Shown here piece by piece: positions 63,645 to 64,000 of a stretch of 64,000 bases of DNA. The first letter of the stretch is position 1. Every line of letters starts with the position of its first letter. A program made the position numbers and the translations under genes. This DNA comes from Podarcis erhardii (lineage: Eukaryota), in NCBI GenBank assembly GCA_964252035.1, contig OZ176209.1; one strand, written 5' to 3'. Under the pieces are notes generated by a model that saw nothing but the letters and a program-made list of their open reading frames with translations, did not search any database and was not told the origin of the DNA.

Positions 63645-64000
63645 CTAGAAAAAGAAGAAAATATTACATATTTTAGTAATGATACTGGCTAAATTATATA
63701 TATGATCTATTTTCTTTTATTAAGGCAACAAAACCAACTGCAGACTACAAGATAAATGATGCATAATAAAATCTTAATAACTTGTGAAATAGGAGTCTAT
63801 AAGCTACTGGAATATGTATTTCGCATCTAGTTATGTTGATGTGAGATATGAAATATTCTGATTAATACATCTCTTCAACTCACAGAATTTATGAAGGAAA
63901 GCAATGGGGGAAAGCTATTAATATACTTTTGTGTATTACTAGCTTTGTTTATTTGTTCTGGCACAACCAATTTCTTTTCCTAAAAGTTAATATGTCCATT

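Overview
Vertebrate genomic DNA, most likely a lacertid lizard (Podarcis/Lacerta/Zootoca-like), inferred from the Sauria-SINE, Squam3-like SINE and Tigger-like MITE content. The window is the 3' half of DOCK4 (Rac GEF, DOCK-B family) on the minus strand. I traced 26 coding exons with GT-AG boundaries and mutually consistent phases, from the pre-DHR2 region (63644) through DHR2 to the Ser/Pro-rich tail; the last exon runs off the window at position 1. One exon is a 27-nt microexon. Introns hold SINEs, L2, RTE, Rex1/Babar and CR1 fragments, a Tc1 transposase fragment and many MITEs. The most notable observations are: (1) a TSD-flanked, partly inverted Penelope-like insertion carrying an intact minimal hammerhead ribozyme (46031-46466); (2) a candidate extra in-frame 168-nt DOCK4 cassette exon (6786-6953); (3) the microexon with upstream UGC motifs; (4) a young-looking Tc1 fragment beside a branch point; (5) a MITE built of stacked palindromes. 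I found no evidence for a wholly new biological system. Gene and family assignments rely on recalled sequences, not on database searches. Most listed ORFs are spurious or TE-derived.
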